A stretch of 64,000 bases of DNA from Cyanobacteria bacterium P01_D01_bin.50 (GCA_039200565.1 JBCCSG010000001.1:4249-68248), one strand, 5' to 3'. Shown: positions 12,363-23,123, counted from the first letter of the stretch. Made by a program: numbers and translations. The notes: generated from the letters alone by a model not told the origin.

Positions 12363-13700
12363 ATGGAGTTGGGTATAAATCAGGTGGGTTTTAAGCTGGG
12401 AATCCTGGGATTAGGCACTGTCGGATGCGGTACAGTGCAATTATTGCTTGATAGCAATGGTCGTCATCCCTTATTAGAAGAAATTGAAATATATCGCGTC
12501 GGAGTGCGATCGCCAGATAAACCTCGTGAGGTCAAATTGCCGAAAGGGGTTATTACTACAGATTTAGAGTCAATTGTCACCGATCCCGAGATAGATATTG
12601 TCGTAGAAGTCATGGGTGGATTGGAACCAGCGCGAGAACTGATGCTCAAAGCCATCCGCCATGGTAAACATGTTGTGACTGCCAATAAAGCCGCAATTTC
12701 ACGTTTTGGCAATGAGTTGTATACAGCCGCCAATCAAGCGGGAGTATATGTAATGCTTGAAGCATCTGTTGGTGGTGGAATTCCGGTAATTCAACCCTTG
12801 AAGCAATCTTTGAGCGTCAATCGGATTAAAGCAGTTACTGGTATTATTAACGGTACTACTAACTATATCTTGACGCGGATGCAGGATGAAGGCAGTAGTT
12901 TTGATGATGTATTAGCTGATGCACAGGATTTGGGTTATGCAGAAGCAGACCCCACAGCCGATGTAGAAGGTTTAGACGCTGCCGACAAAATCGCCATTTT
13001 AGCATCTATAGCTTTTGATGGAGGCATAAAAAGAGAAGATGTGTATTGCGAAGGCATTCGGCAGATCAGCAAAACAGATATTGAATACGCTCAAAAGCTG
13101 GGATTTGTAATCAAGTTGTTGGCGATCGCCAAAAAAGTGAATCCATCATCGCTTTCTGTAAGAGTTCATCCCACTTTAGTGCCCTCGGAACATCCCTTAG
13201 CGAGTATCAACGGCGTTAATAATGCCATTTTTGTAGAAGGTGAACCCATCGGACAAGTAATGTTTTTTGGGCCTGGTGCAGGTGCAGGTGCTACAGCCTC
13301 GGCAGTATCATCAGATATTTTAAATCTTGTTTCTCAACTGATAAGTTTACCTGACTCAAATAGAGAAAATTCAAAATATCAAATTTCTAATTTAGATCCA
13401 TTACTATCTAGTTTTCATCAAGAATATTGCCAGTTAGCTCGGAGTGAAGAACTTGTAACTAGATTTTATACACGTTTCCTGACAAAAGACCAATCGGGAG
13501 TCATTGGTAAATTGGGTACTTGCTTCGGTGAATGTGGAGTCAGCTTGGAATCAGTTGTCCAAACTGGTTTTCAAGAAGAATTAGCGGAAATTGTAGTTGT
13601 GACTCACGATGTCACAGAAGGTAATTTTCACAAAGCCTTAGATGAAATTCGCAATCTTGAAGCAGTTGATAGTATTCCTAGTTTGTTGAGAGTGCTTTAG
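12363..13700 (+). CDS. hom: homoserine dehydrogenase
   Basis: NAD-binding LGILGLGTVGCG, catalytic-domain block NGTTNYIL and a C-terminal ACT-like domain. The start is moved to ATG 12363 (or GTG 12384) because the track TTG at 12342 lies inside the petH terminator loop. Confidence 0.9.
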   Translation: MELGINQVGFKLGILGLGTVGCGTVQLLLDSNGRHPLLEEIEIYRVGVRSPDKPREVKLPKGVITTDLESIVTDPEIDIVVEVMGGLEPARELMLKAIRHGKHVVTANKAAISRFGNELYTAANQAGVYVMLEASVGGGIPVIQPLKQSLSVNRIKAVTGIINGTTNYILTRMQDEGSSFDDVLADAQDLGYAEADPTADVEGLDAADKIAILASIAFDGGIKREDVYCEGIRQISKTDIEYAQKLGFVIKLLAIAKKVNPSSLSVRVHPTLVPSEHPLASINGVNNAIFVEGEPIGQVMFFGPGAGAGATASAVSSDILNLVSQLISLPDSNRENSKYQISNLDPLLSSFHQEYCQLARSEELVTRFYTRFLTKDQSGVIGKLGTCFGECGVSLESVVQTGFQEELAEIVVVTHDVTEGNFHKALDEIRNLEAVDSIPSLLRVL

Positions 13701-13927
13701 AGAGAAAGTTAGGAGGAAGGGAGTAAGAAAGGAAGATTTAAGAGTTAAGAGTTATGAATTATCTCATCATCTTCTTGTCACCTTGCCTCTTAGTATGTAA
13801 ATCCTCTTGAGCTTAATCCACGATCGCTAAAAAATAATATTTATCTTGAAAAAAGTCATGTAAGGGGATAGTCTATGGCTTAATTTTGTTAGATGCAAAT
13901 TCTAATACCAATAGAGTAATTATCACG

Positions 13928-15178
13928 ATGACTAACAAGTCCCCTTTTGAATCTCAGTCATCTTCAGACGATGACTTGGGATTTGACGATATTATCGGCA
14001 TATTAGTTGCCTTTGTAACTATCGGTACGATTCTTTTTTGGTCTTTTACCCGAAAAGAGTCCGACTGGAAGTTTAGCAATTTGTTGCCAAAAGCTACCAG
14101 TAAAGATCGGGTACAGTCAAATGAAGATAATAAATTGACTAATTTGACTAAGTTGTTCGCACCGCAAGCGTTACCCAACAAGACTATTGAATCTTCCGAA
14201 CCTGTTGAGTCGGCTAAACCAAGGGAAAAAAAACCAGTTTTATTCGAGAGAGAAACATTTGGTAAGGTAATGCCGCCATTCTTAATACCATTACCTAAAA
14301 CAAAATTACCACCAGATCTAGATAAAGTAATACCTGGTGTCGAGTCTTCTGAGGATACCTCAAATACAGCAACCAGTAATACAGGCGATCCAAAACCTGA
14401 ACCTACTACACCCGTTGCTGTGGATACACCAGCTAGCCCTACACCGACTCCAACACCTACACCGACTCCAACACAAGCAGCTAGCCCTACAGCAACACCT
14501 ACAGCGACAGCAACACCTACAGCGACAGCAACGGCAACACCTAGTGTAGAAGCTAAAGCGACTAAATTACCGACAATTCCGCCACCAATCGCTTTTCCTG
14601 ATGTACCCGGTGATTTTTGGGCAAAACCTTTTATAAACCAACTTTCATCCCGGAGAATTATCGAAGGCTTTGAGGAAGATAACACGTATAGACCTCAACA
14701 AGCAGTCAACCGCGCTCAATTTGCGGCTATTCTTGGAAAAGCATTTCAAACCGATATTACTAATCCCTCAAAAGAATTTGAAGATATACCTGGAGAATAT
14801 TGGGCTGAAGCAGCAATTAAAAAAGCTGTCAGCACAAAATTTATGAGTGGTTATCCGGGTAATGTTTTTCAGCCAGAGCAGAAAATTCCGCGAGTGCAAG
14901 TAATAGTATCTCTCGCTAGCGGACTTAACTTGAAAACTCCCCCTTCCCCAGAGAAAGTTCTAAGCGTCTATAAAGATGCCGATCAAATTCCAGAATGGGC
15001 AAGAGATAAAGTCGCAGCTGCTACAGCTAACAATCTTGTTGTTAATCATCCAGATCCCAATTCATTTAACCCCAATAAAGAAGCTACAAGAGCAGAAGTA
15101 GCAACAATGGTTCACCAAGCTCTGGTGAAAATGAATAAGCTCGAACCGATAAAATCACAATATGTGGTAGGTCAGTAG
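13928..15178 (+). CDS. SLH-domain envelope protein with N-terminal TM segment and Thr/Pro-rich linker
   Basis: The C-terminal third has three SLH-like units (FPDVPGDFWAKPFINQL, FEDIPGEYWAEAAIKKAV, YKDADQIPEWARDKVAAA). The linker is PTPTPTPTPTPT...ATPTATATPTATATATP. An ATG at 13928 (MTNKSPF) is more plausible than the track TTG at 13886. Confidence 0.85.
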   Translation: MTNKSPFESQSSSDDDLGFDDIIGILVAFVTIGTILFWSFTRKESDWKFSNLLPKATSKDRVQSNEDNKLTNLTKLFAPQALPNKTIESSEPVESAKPREKKPVLFERETFGKVMPPFLIPLPKTKLPPDLDKVIPGVESSEDTSNTATSNTGDPKPEPTTPVAVDTPASPTPTPTPTPTPTQAASPTATPTATATPTATATATPSVEAKATKLPTIPPPIAFPDVPGDFWAKPFINQLSSRRIIEGFEEDNTYRPQQAVNRAQFAAILGKAFQTDITNPSKEFEDIPGEYWAEAAIKKAVSTKFMSGYPGNVFQPEQKIPRVQVIVSLASGLNLKTPPSPEKVLSVYKDADQIPEWARDKVAAATANNLVVNHPDPNSFNPNKEATRAEVATMVHQALVKMNKLEPIKSQYVVGQ

Positions 15179-15190
15179 TAGGAACACAAA

Positions 15191-15228
15191 GTGGACAAGT
15201 ATTTGAAATGATACTTGTCCACTTTATT
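15191..15228 (+). terminator. intrinsic terminator, probably bidirectional (between convergent SLH and CAAD genes)
   Basis: Perfect 12-bp stem gtggacaagtat (15191-15202) / atacttgtccac (15211-15222) with an 8-nt loop, followed by tttatt. On the other strand it is followed by tttgtgtt. Confidence 0.8.
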
Positions 15229-15322
15229 AATGACTATTCGTGACTTACAAACAAGATTCCTGCATAAAAGGCAAAAAAATGTTTCTCAAGTGTTAGCCTT
15301 GAAAATAGTTCATTATTCACTC

Positions 15323-15763
15323 TTAAGCATCTTTACCTACAACTTGTGATTTGAGGGTTGTTATTTCACTAGTTAATTCATTGCGAGTAGAGGCTTTGAG
15401 TAAGTAGCGGTAAACAAACCAGGCAGAATACCCAATACCAATCAATTCAAAGGTTGGTGCTACTAAGGGAATGTCATTCAATGCATCCAAGATAGACAGC
15501 ACTACTCTAACTGCGATTAAGGCACCTAAACCTGTACCAAGCACAATCAAAAGCTGCTTATACTTATTAAAGTAGGTTCCGGCGTAATCAGAGAAATTGT
15601 TTAGAAAGCTCGAAAGTTGCTCTCCGTACTTTAGCCATTGCTCTTGAGACTGGGTGGAAGGCTGTATTTTGGTTATAGTTCCAGTAGGACTGTTCATTTC
15701 TGGGACTTTTGCCTCTGAAGTTTTGGTTTCCACGATTTCCGGTTCTTGCATTGGGGCTTCCAT
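15323..15763 (-). CDS. CAAD-domain / CURT1-CurT-like thylakoid membrane protein
   Basis: 146 aa. Two hydrophobic helices and the block PLVAPTFELIGIGYSAWFVYRYLL, followed by an amphipathic tail. This matches the CAAD/CURT1 pattern as I recall it. Confidence 0.65.
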   Translation of the reverse strand: MEAPMQEPEIVETKTSEAKVPEMNSPTGTITKIQPSTQSQEQWLKYGEQLSSFLNNFSDYAGTYFNKYKQLLIVLGTGLGALIAVRVVLSILDALNDIPLVAPTFELIGIGYSAWFVYRYLLKASTRNELTSEITTLKSQVVGKDA

Positions 15764-16716
15764 GATGGTAATACTTATTTTTATTCTTCTGGGGACACTT
15801 ACAACTTTTATGTTGTTTGAGTGGAGGTGTAACCACTTTTTTAGGCTTTGCTTGAAAAGCGGTATAAAACGATTTTAGTTTCCCACTCCCATAATTGTCC
15901 CTTAACCGCGACTTCATCAATTCTAAAGCTTAAAGTAAGTTAAAGCGGTTATGCTTCAGAAGCAAGCAAGATAAATTATTGACAACACTTTTGAGTTCTT
16001 AGTTGGAGGAACTAGAATCCCAAAAACGGTAATAGTACCCTGCATGTGCAAGTTGCTAATAATCATAGCCATTTAAGTACAGATTATGCAAAAATCTGTT
16101 TACTTTTTATTTTCGATCGGATTTAAGTATTCCTATCTGATGAGTTCTATCCCGAAGAAAACCTTTCAAACAAGCAAGGCGCTAGCAATCTATGGAGAGA
16201 GCGGTTTCAAGTATATTAGATCGATCGCAGGTGGTGCGCTTCCTCTAAAAGTTTTCTTTTATGCTTTTCTGTGTCACAGATAAATTTTCTTAACTTAACT
16301 ACATATTTAAATTATCAATAATGAGGGAACTGTGGGAGTGGAGGATCAGTCAAATAATTTATCATCGGATTTTAAACCAATATTTTGGAAAACTTAAGTA
16401 TTCCAGAAATTTAAATATATCTAACTTACGGTAGTTGCCGTACTTAAAGCGGCATATTTTTTCTGGATACTGCTTAAAACAGAGGCTCCTACTTAATTTT
16501 AGCTACTTTGCAAAAACCGCGGATAAGGTAAATCCTGTCTATAAATTAAAAACTCCGACTTCCAGAAGAATTATGCTAGAAATCGGAGATTTATAACTTA
16601 TTATTTTGTATTTGGTAGTTCAATAGCTAAGGCTAGTAGCTAAATTAGTTATGTGAGCTATTGCTGACCAAAATGTTGTAATTTAACGGCTTAAATAAAT
16701 TCCTCAGTAACTGAAT

Positions 16717-17172
16717 TTAGTCCCAATCTGGAATATCTAAATCTTGTCCACCAACACCAATTCCTGTATGGAATATTTCAGCATCAGCGATATTAATATT
16801 GTTCATCGATGCCTCGTAAACGTTGGAGTCATAAATTATAGCGCTGGCTAAATTGGCATTATTCAAATTAGCTTGCTTGAAATTAACATTTGTTAAGAAC
16901 GCTGAACTTAGCTTAGCGTCTTGTAAGTTTGCACCAGTCAAGTCAGCACCCTCAAGATTCACGTGTTCGAGGTTTGCTCCCTGTAGATTAGCTCCTCTCA
17001 AATCAGCACCAATTAAATGCGCACCGCGAAGATTTGCTCCAGACAAGTCGCAAGCCATGCATTCCCTAGTTTCAAGCAGCTTTTGTACGTGCTGCGGATT
17101 TTCAGCTTTTACCGGGCTAGCGAAAAACAGGGGAGCCACTATGGTTAAAGCTGCCAAAAGTTTCCTTATCAT
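16717..17172 (-). CDS. secreted pentapeptide-repeat protein
   Basis: Signal peptide MIRKLLAALTIVAPLFFASPVKA, then tandem A(D/N)LxG pentapeptides (ANLRGAHLIGADLRGANLQGANLEHVNLEGADLTGANL). Confidence 0.9.
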   Translation of the reverse strand: MIRKLLAALTIVAPLFFASPVKAENPQHVQKLLETRECMACDLSGANLRGAHLIGADLRGANLQGANLEHVNLEGADLTGANLQDAKLSSAFLTNVNFKQANLNNANLASAIIYDSNVYEASMNNINIADAEIFHTGIGVGGQDLDIPDWD

Positions 17173-17568
17173 AAAATTTCCCCCTTTGCAATCAAATATT
17201 TTCCATTCATTTCCTCACCTCTCTATTATCTCACTAAATCGCGCGAGTATAATGATTAACGACAAAGCTTCACAATGATAATTATTCTCCTTACAGTTAG
17301 AAAATAAGTAAATAATTGATTCAGCTTAATATTATCAACTTTTTCGACGATTTATCCGTTGAAACAACTCTAGATTGACGAATGTGAATTTTTGTCAATA
17401 CTAGTCTCATTTAAGTATCATTTAATTTTACTTTATTGGCAAATTTGCGTACATAAAGTGGGAAAGAAAACATATGCGGGGAATACTAAGTAAAATATAC
17501 ATCTTGGTTTTAGCTATATTCTCCGAATTCCCCATAGAAATCAGACGGATCTGAGATAATTAGCTAAA

Positions 17569-18423
17569 TCAAGCGGTCAAAAATTCCCGCATATACTGAT
17601 TTACTAACTGTGGTTGTTCTTGCTGTACCCAATGGCTACAATTGGGAATATATTTTATTTGGAAGTCTTGTACATAGGCTTCGGTACCGTAGGTTAATTC
17701 TTTTCCCAATGCGGTATCTTCTTCTCCCCAAATCATCAAAGTTGGAACTTCGAGAATACTCCAATTTTGATTTGAGGTTCTCCGTGCAAAAATATTTCGG
17801 TAGTAGTTTATCGTTGCTGTTAAAGCTCCACGTTTAGCAGCAGCATCTTTGTAAGCATCAATATCTTCTTTACTGAAAGCACTTTTATTGATCGCCATAC
17901 CTTTAAAAGCATCTTCAATAAATTGATAGTCTTGGGCTTGGACGAATAATTCCGGAAGTACAGGTACTTGGAAAAAGAACATATACCAACTACGTAATAA
18001 TTGTTGAGGAGTTCTTAAACCTTCAGAGAATTTAGCGGAATGGGGACAATTCATAATAATTAATCGTTCTACCATACCGGGATTTGCGTAAGCAAAATTC
18101 CAAGCGATCGCTCCTCCCCAATCGTGGGCTACCAGAACGCATTTTTCATATCCTAATCCTCGAATGATGCCTTCTACATCTCGGATAAATTCACTCATTA
18201 CATAAGCCGACTGAGATGCAGGTTTATCGCTGTCGTTATAACCGCGTAAATCTGGCGCAACTACTTTAAAATCTGAAGCAAATTCTGGTATTTGATATCG
18301 CCAAGAGTACCAAAACTCCGGAAAGCCGTGAAGCATTAACATCAAAGGACCATTTCCTTGGGTTACATAGTGTAGATTTACCCCATTAGTAGTAATGTAT
18401 TGGTGCTGCCAAGAACCTTCCAT
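17569..18423 (-). CDS. alpha/beta-fold hydrolase (epoxide hydrolase / haloalkane dehalogenase-like subfamily)
   Basis: HGFPEFWYSWRYQI oxyanion region, an Asp nucleophile elbow VLVAHDWGGAIAW, and a C-terminal catalytic His (NCSHW). Confidence 0.85.
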   Translation of the reverse strand: MEGSWQHQYITTNGVNLHYVTQGNGPLMLMLHGFPEFWYSWRYQIPEFASDFKVVAPDLRGYNDSDKPASQSAYVMSEFIRDVEGIIRGLGYEKCVLVAHDWGGAIAWNFAYANPGMVERLIIMNCPHSAKFSEGLRTPQQLLRSWYMFFFQVPVLPELFVQAQDYQFIEDAFKGMAINKSAFSKEDIDAYKDAAAKRGALTATINYYRNIFARRTSNQNWSILEVPTLMIWGEEDTALGKELTYGTEAYVQDFQIKYIPNCSHWVQQEQPQLVNQYMREFLTA

Positions 18424-18614
18424 AACATTTAGTTGAGACTACTTATTTATATTACTGGGATAAGGAGTTAGGAGTTGGGGAGTTGGGAGTTATTTAGCTT
18501 TTAACATGCAAACCTTTAACCTTCTAAATATCTATACTTTGGATTGTTCTAGAGGTAGATGTGTGTGGTTGTTTTATGTGGGTAGATAAATAATAACTAT
18601 CGTCGATCAAAACT

Positions 18615-19433
18615 ATGACACAACAAATATCACACCATCCCGCAGCCTGGATTGAGCGATTGGCACGGTTTGGTTACGCTTCAAAAGGAGCAGTTTACTT
18701 TATTGTCGGATTGTTGGCGGTACAAACGGCTTTCGGTGGAGGAGGAAGAACTACCAATACAGAAGGGGCTTTGACAACGCTGGTACAGCAACCGTTTGGT
18801 CAATTTTTACTTGCTTTGGTTGCCATCGGTTTGATGAGTTATGCAATGTGGCGTTTTGTCGAAGCAATCAACGATCCAGAAAATAAAGGTAAGGATTTTA
18901 AAGGTATAGCTACAAGATTTATTTATGTCGCCAATGGTTTGGCTTATACTGCTTTGGCTTGGACTGCAGTACAAATTATTATGGGAAGTTCAAGCAGCGG
19001 CAACGGGGATAGCAAGCAAAACTGGACTGCTAGTTTACTAAATCAACCTTTCGGACAATGGTTAGTGGGAACGATTGGTGCAGGTGTAATCGCTTTCGGA
19101 TGTTATTATCTGTATAAAGCTTTCACTGCAAAATTTCGGAGAATGTTGGACTTATCTGAATTGAGCAGTGCTGGGCGTGAGTGGATTATCATCACTTGTC
19201 GATTTGGTTTAGCAGCCAGAAGTATTGTATTCTTTTTAATTGGTTGGTTTTTCATTGAAGCAGGATATATGGCTCAAGCAAGTCAAGTTGGAGGACTTGA
19301 TGAGGCATTGGAAACTTTAGCAGAACAGCCTTATGGACATTGGTTGTTGGCGATCGTGGCTTTGGGTTTGATGGCTTACGGAGTATATATGGTGGTTCAA
19401 GCACGGTATCGTTACCTTGACCCTAATATATAG
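18615..19433 (+). CDS. DUF1206-type integral membrane protein
   Basis: Three repeats of a two-helix hairpin beginning YASKGAVYFIVGLLAV / YVANGLAYTALAWTAV / LAARSIVFFLIGWFFI. Confidence 0.7.
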   Translation: MTQQISHHPAAWIERLARFGYASKGAVYFIVGLLAVQTAFGGGGRTTNTEGALTTLVQQPFGQFLLALVAIGLMSYAMWRFVEAINDPENKGKDFKGIATRFIYVANGLAYTALAWTAVQIIMGSSSSGNGDSKQNWTASLLNQPFGQWLVGTIGAGVIAFGCYYLYKAFTAKFRRMLDLSELSSAGREWIIITCRFGLAARSIVFFLIGWFFIEAGYMAQASQVGGLDEALETLAEQPYGHWLLAIVALGLMAYGVYMVVQARYRYLDPNI

Positions 19434-19454
19434 TATTTAAAAGTAATATTAAAA

Positions 19455-20609
19455 ATGTCAGTTACTGAAATACGCGGCGTTTGGTTAACCACTACAGCTA
19501 GTAAAGTTTTTGATTCTCAGGATAATATCGTCGAAGCAATGAACTTTCTCGCCGAAACGGGATTTAATGTTGTGTTTCCAGTAGTGTGGAATAAGGCGGT
19601 AACGCAGTTTCCTTCTGGAATAATGCAGCAGAATTTTGGCGTGGAAATTAATCCGCAATATCAAGGAAGGGATGTTTTAGCGGAAGTTATTACGGCGGCG
19701 CATGGAGTGGGCTTAAAGGTAATTCCTTGGTTTGAATATGGCTTCGCTAGTTCTTACAATTCTAATGGAGGAATGTTACTGGCAAAAAAACCACAATGGG
19801 CTGCGCGAGACTATAAAGGTAATTTACTCAATAAGAATGGTTTTGAATGGCTTAACGCCTTGGATTCCCAAGTACAAGATTTTCTATTAAATCTAATACT
19901 TGAAGTTGTCAATAATTATGATGTTGACGGCATTCAAGGAGACGATCGTTTACCAGCTTTACCCTCTGAGGGTGGTTATGACAAAGGTACTGTAAAACGC
20001 TATCAGCAAGAATTCGGGAAAAATCCGCCACAAAACCCTAAGGATAGACAATGGTTGCAGTGGCGTGCGGATATTTTGACTGATTTTTTAGCGCGTTTAT
20101 ATAGAGAAGTCAAAGCTGTAAATGAAAACTTATTAGTATCCATGGCTCCCAATATTCATGATTGGGCATTAAAAGAATATTTACAAGATTCACAGACGTG
20201 GTTGGAAAGAGGGTTGGTAGATATTATTCACCCACAAATTTATCGGCGCGATTTCAATAGTTATAAGATTATTGTCGATCGGTTAGTAAAACAACAGTTT
20301 ACGGACAAAAGCCGAGTCAAATTTGCACCAGGAGTGTTAATGAAGTTGGGTTCTTATAATATAAATCCAGACTATTTGGTGCAGTTGCTTGAATACAATC
20401 GGGCTTGTGGTATTGGAGGAGAGGTATTTTTCTTTTACGAAGGTTTGCGAGATAATAATAATGCAATAGCCGCGGTGTTGCGGCAAGGCTATTATGCTAA
20501 GTCTGCTGCATTTCCTTCTTTAGAATATTTGAATCAAGGTAAGGAGAGTAGGAAAGAAGTTGTGAATAAGAAGCGGGGTTTGGTTAATTTTTTGAGAAAT
20601 TGGTTTTAA
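19455..20609 (+). CDS. glycoside-hydrolase-like family 10 (GHL10/DUF187) protein
   Basis: N-terminal IRGVWLTTTASKVFDSQ...AETGFNVVFPVVWN and central DGIQGDDRLPA blocks, typical of the TIM-barrel GHL10 family as I recall it. Confidence 0.65.
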   Translation: MSVTEIRGVWLTTTASKVFDSQDNIVEAMNFLAETGFNVVFPVVWNKAVTQFPSGIMQQNFGVEINPQYQGRDVLAEVITAAHGVGLKVIPWFEYGFASSYNSNGGMLLAKKPQWAARDYKGNLLNKNGFEWLNALDSQVQDFLLNLILEVVNNYDVDGIQGDDRLPALPSEGGYDKGTVKRYQQEFGKNPPQNPKDRQWLQWRADILTDFLARLYREVKAVNENLLVSMAPNIHDWALKEYLQDSQTWLERGLVDIIHPQIYRRDFNSYKIIVDRLVKQQFTDKSRVKFAPGVLMKLGSYNINPDYLVQLLEYNRACGIGGEVFFFYEGLRDNNNAIAAVLRQGYYAKSAAFPSLEYLNQGKESRKEVVNKKRGLVNFLRNWF

Positions 20610-20837
20610 TGTTGTGATATAAGTAAAAAGAAAATGGGTAAGGTACCCTGTAGTCTCTACACCGGTACCTATTCCGGAGCAACTAACTGCTCTGGGGTAC
20701 CACAATAGTATAGGATTACTCCGCAGAATTTTGAACGGATACTGAGATTCAAAAGCTTGCTATATAAGCTTAAAGCCTAAAATATTATTCCGAAATCAAA
20801 CCGGATTCCTATATATTTCATTTATAAACCCTTTTCA

Positions 20838-20882
20838 ATCTAAAATCTAAAATTTAAAATCTAAAATCTAAAATCTAAAATA
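20838..20882. repeat. heptamer tandem array (AAAATCT)n, ~6 units
   Basis: atctaaaatctaaaatttaaaatctaaaatctaaaatctaaaata, directly upstream of the ATG at 20892. Confidence 0.9.
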
Positions 20883-20891
20883 GTATGACTT

Positions 20892-21317
20892 ATGAAATTA
20901 GAATATAAATCACAAATAGAAGAAAATATTCAAATTCTCAAACATGATTTACCGACTTTGTTTGAAAAAGATATTTCTTATGATATTTATACAAGAAATA
21001 TTTTATTTAAAGACCCAATAAGTAAATTTAAGTGGAAATTTAACTATCGGATTATTTTTTGGACTTTAAGATTTCACGCGGGATTGTTTTTTACTGAGAT
21101 ATTCTTTGATTTGCACGATGTATATCAGTTAGATGAAAATACTATTTTTGCAAAGTGGACTGTGCGAGGTACTTTGCGAGTTCCTTGGCAAGCAAAAATT
21201 TTCTTTAACGGCCATTCAAATTATAAGCTTAATCAAGATGGTTTGATATACGAACATATTGATACTTGGGATCGGAAACCTAGCGAGATTTTACGTCAGT
21301 TTTTCCGTAAAGGATGA
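20892..21317 (+). CDS. DUF2358-family protein
   Basis: 141 aa. The pattern YDIYTRNILFKDPISKFKWKFNYRIIFWTLRF...WTVRGTLRVPWQ resembles the cyanobacterial/plant DUF2358 family. Confidence 0.55.
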   Translation: MKLEYKSQIEENIQILKHDLPTLFEKDISYDIYTRNILFKDPISKFKWKFNYRIIFWTLRFHAGLFFTEIFFDLHDVYQLDENTIFAKWTVRGTLRVPWQAKIFFNGHSNYKLNQDGLIYEHIDTWDRKPSEILRQFFRKG

Positions 21318-21387
21318 TAATTATAACCATTAGTTATACGGGTAGGTTGAAAAAAGGTATGATAAATATCAAATTATCTTTGAACCG

Positions 21388-22074
21388 ATGAGTCCTTTCT
21401 TGGGAAATTTAATTGTAACTGCGCTAACATTTATTTATGTTTTTGGGCTTGTAGCGGTAATGAATTTCTGCGTCAATCGCTTTAATTTACCGCAGGATAT
21501 TAGCCGCAAAGTGACTCATATTGGCGCAGGTTCTTTAATTGCGTTTTTAGCACTTTATAATGATTTACACTGGTCAAAATATCTCAATGTCACTATTTTG
21601 ATAGTTTGGATAATCCTTCTAATACAGAAAGGTTTGTTTGGCAGCGATCAAGATGAAGCTGTAAAAACCATGACTCGTACTGGTGACAAAAGCGAACTTC
21701 TAAAAGGACCTTTATATTTTGTAATTGTAGCAGCTATTTGCGGTACCTTATTTTATAAAACTTTTCCCGGAATTATGGCGATGACAACTCTTGGTTGGGG
21801 AGATGGTATTGCGCCGATTATTGGTTCTCGCTACGGTAAATTGAAATATGAAGTACTCAGCAGTAAAAGTGTGGAAGGAAGCGTGTCAATGTTGATCGCT
21901 GCTTTTGCTGCAAGTCTGTTTTTTGTTTGGCTGATTATTCCAAGTGAATTTAATGTGATGCGGATTTTTCTGTTATCTGCGATCGCAACGGTAGTGGAAG
22001 CTTGTAGTCCAAAAGAAATTGATAATATTTTGATTCCAGTTGTGGTAATTTTAGCTGCTTTAACTGTTATTTAG
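21388..22074 (+). CDS. polyprenol/phytol kinase-like membrane protein (VTE5/dolichol kinase family)
   Basis: 228 aa with ~6 TM segments, containing RKVTHIGAGS and KSVEGSVSM blocks as in the CTP-dependent phytol/dolichol kinase family. The family-level call is tentative. Confidence 0.5.
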   Translation: MSPFLGNLIVTALTFIYVFGLVAVMNFCVNRFNLPQDISRKVTHIGAGSLIAFLALYNDLHWSKYLNVTILIVWIILLIQKGLFGSDQDEAVKTMTRTGDKSELLKGPLYFVIVAAICGTLFYKTFPGIMAMTTLGWGDGIAPIIGSRYGKLKYEVLSSKSVEGSVSMLIAAFAASLFFVWLIIPSEFNVMRIFLLSAIATVVEACSPKEIDNILIPVVVILAALTVI

Positions 22075-22645
22075 ATTCAACGAATAGTTCTAATAAACTC
22101 GAACCAATATAAATATATCCAGCAACAACTATAGTACTGCTTAATATTAAAGCAATTAAAAAGTGAGTATATTTGATTTTTGTTAAACCAATGGCATAGC
22201 TAATTATATCTTGGGAAAGAGGCATAATAATAATCATAGACAAAATGCTGCGACGACTTTTCAATTTGTTGATAAATTTGTCTAATTCATCTAAATTATT
22301 CTTCCCTATAAATCTTTGAGCTACTTTTCGTCCAAATTTTCTCGATATCCAGAAGTTAGCACTGCACCCAATAAGAGTAGCAATATAGCTTAGTAAGAAA
22401 GCATGATGTTTGCCAAATAATGTTCCACCAACTACAAATAAAGAACTACCGCTCAAAGGCGCAATGATTAAGCTGATCGCACATAAAGCTATAAATACGA
22501 CAGGTGCCCATACACCAGTTTTTTTGATAAAAAGTTGAGCGTTATCTAAGCCTATAATTCGTAAGGTAAACGCCATTGTCATATACAAAATAATTACAAT
22601 TAAAAATGCTAATAAAATCCTTTTTAGGTTAGAGATAAATTGCAT
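22067..22645 (-). CDS. TVP38/TMEM64 (DedA/SNARE-associated) family membrane protein
   Basis: 192 aa and polytopic. The block SGSSLFVVGGTLFGKHHAFLLSYIATLIGCSANFWISRKFGR is typical of the family. Its 3' end overlaps the convergent upstream gene by 8 bp. Confidence 0.65.
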   Translation of the reverse strand: MQFISNLKRILLAFLIVIILYMTMAFTLRIIGLDNAQLFIKKTGVWAPVVFIALCAISLIIAPLSGSSLFVVGGTLFGKHHAFLLSYIATLIGCSANFWISRKFGRKVAQRFIGKNNLDELDKFINKLKSRRSILSMIIIMPLSQDIISYAIGLTKIKYTHFLIALILSSTIVVAGYIYIGSSLLELFVESK

Positions 22646-22886
22646 TAGACTGTTTATTTTTTATTTAAAGTGAAGTTTAATTTTATGTGAATAAATAATT
22701 AATTATTTACTTATATAGCTTCATTTTACTACTTTTAGGATCGGGATTAAATATATAAGGAGAAGTAAATAAAATTAAGTAAAGCAAGATACACAGATAA
22801 TTGTTTGAAGTAAGTAAAGTACGGTTACTTTTATATTGCTGTTTATTTAAATGTGATAAGTAAAAAAAAAGGCAGAGGTGAGAAGA

Positions 22887-23123
22887 ATGGAGAAAACGGT
22901 AACTTTAGAAACAACACTAGAATTAGTAAAGCAACTTTCGCTGGTCAATAAAGTTCGTTTAATTGAAAAAATTGCACCTCAAATTGAAAAGGAGTTAACA
23001 AATATTCAATCAAAAGCACGACAATCTTTGAGAGGAATGTGGCGAGTTGCTAATTTTACTGAATCAGATATTAATGAAGTTAGAAAAGAAATGTGGAGTA
23101 ATTTTCCGCGTGAGGATTGGTAA
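22887..23123 (+). CDS. small antitoxin-like protein (orphan)
   Basis: 78 aa from ATG 22887. The helical N-terminus plus the C-terminal SLRGMWR...TESDINEVRKEMWSNFPRED resembles small cyanobacterial proteins that normally precede PIN/VapC toxin genes. No toxin ORF follows. Confidence 0.4.
   Translation: MEKTVTLETTLELVKQLSLVNKVRLIEKIAPQIEKELTNIQSKARQSLRGMWRVANFTESDINEVRKEMWSNFPREDW

Noticed and set aside
13954-14685. 243-aa antisense ORF and 70-aa out-of-frame ORF (14337-14549) within the SLH protein gene
   Set aside because: They are kept open only by the Thr/Pro/Ala-coding tandem repeats. They have no motifs and lie fully inside a gene with clear SLH domains.
16853-17278. 141-aa ORF antisense to the pentapeptide-repeat gene
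   Set aside because: Pentapeptide-repeat coding DNA is periodic and stays open on the opposite strand. The sense ORF has a signal peptide and canonical A(D/N)LxG repeats.
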